A stretch of 62,850 nt of DNA, the filler included, from Dugesia japonica (taxonomy: Eukaryota), in NCBI GenBank assembly GCA_001938525.1. It is 5 parts of 5 records of this genome, joined end to end, with 100 filler letters (N's around TTAATTAATTAA, not from the genome) between each part and the next. Parts side by side here need not be neighbours in the genome. Positions count along the whole stretch, not along the records: positions 41,782 to 62,850 come from MQRL01597813.1; 4 more parts are not named here. One strand, 5' to 3'. The notes under the pieces are model-generated. The model searched no databases. It was given only the letters and a program-made list of their open reading frames with translations, and had not been told where the DNA came from. Shown here piece after piece: positions 62,749-62,850 of this stretch (positions are counted from its first letter, which is position 1; every line of letters begins with the position of its first letter). Made by a program: the position numbers and the translations under genes.

Positions 62749-62850
62749 AGTAGAGGGATAGTAGCGGTCTGGTGCACACACATTCAGTAACCCCCCCACC
62801 GTGACGTAACGAAACGAAACATAATCCTAATGTATTTAGTCGACGATTTG
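62749..62850 (+). mobile_element. Polinton-like terminus
   Basis: AGTAGAGGGATAGTAGCGG..AACCCCCCCACC resembles the termini at 42493, 45292 and 46094. Confidence 0.5.

Overview
Very AT-rich, repeat-dominated animal genomic DNA. The 38-51 nt spliceosomal introns, AT content and TE spectrum suggest a flatworm or similar invertebrate (inference only). The window is not contiguous: four artificial 100-bp linkers (N44-TTAATTAATTAA-N44) join five unrelated scaffold pieces. Host genes: the 5' two exons of a RecQ5 helicase and the 3' exons of a proline-rich, WASP-family-like gene (polyPro, WH2-like, central, acidic). Most of the rest is decayed mobile DNA: about eight Ty3/Gypsy remnants, a solo LTR with TSD, Penelope-like elements with minimal hammerhead ribozymes, hAT, Tc1/mariner, MULE and non-LTR remnants, and scattered Polinton/Maverick pieces (pPolB, capsid, packaging ATPase, four termini). 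The strongest candidates for something new are (i) a Gypsy element with an env-like ORF in frame with Pol plus a captured, apparently inactive REX4/ISG20-type DEDDh exonuclease before its PPT, and (ii) an unannotated two-block coiled-coil coding module present in three diverged copies. All protein calls come from manual translation and remembered motifs; no searches were run. Boundaries of decayed elements are approximate unless a TSD or splice site is given.
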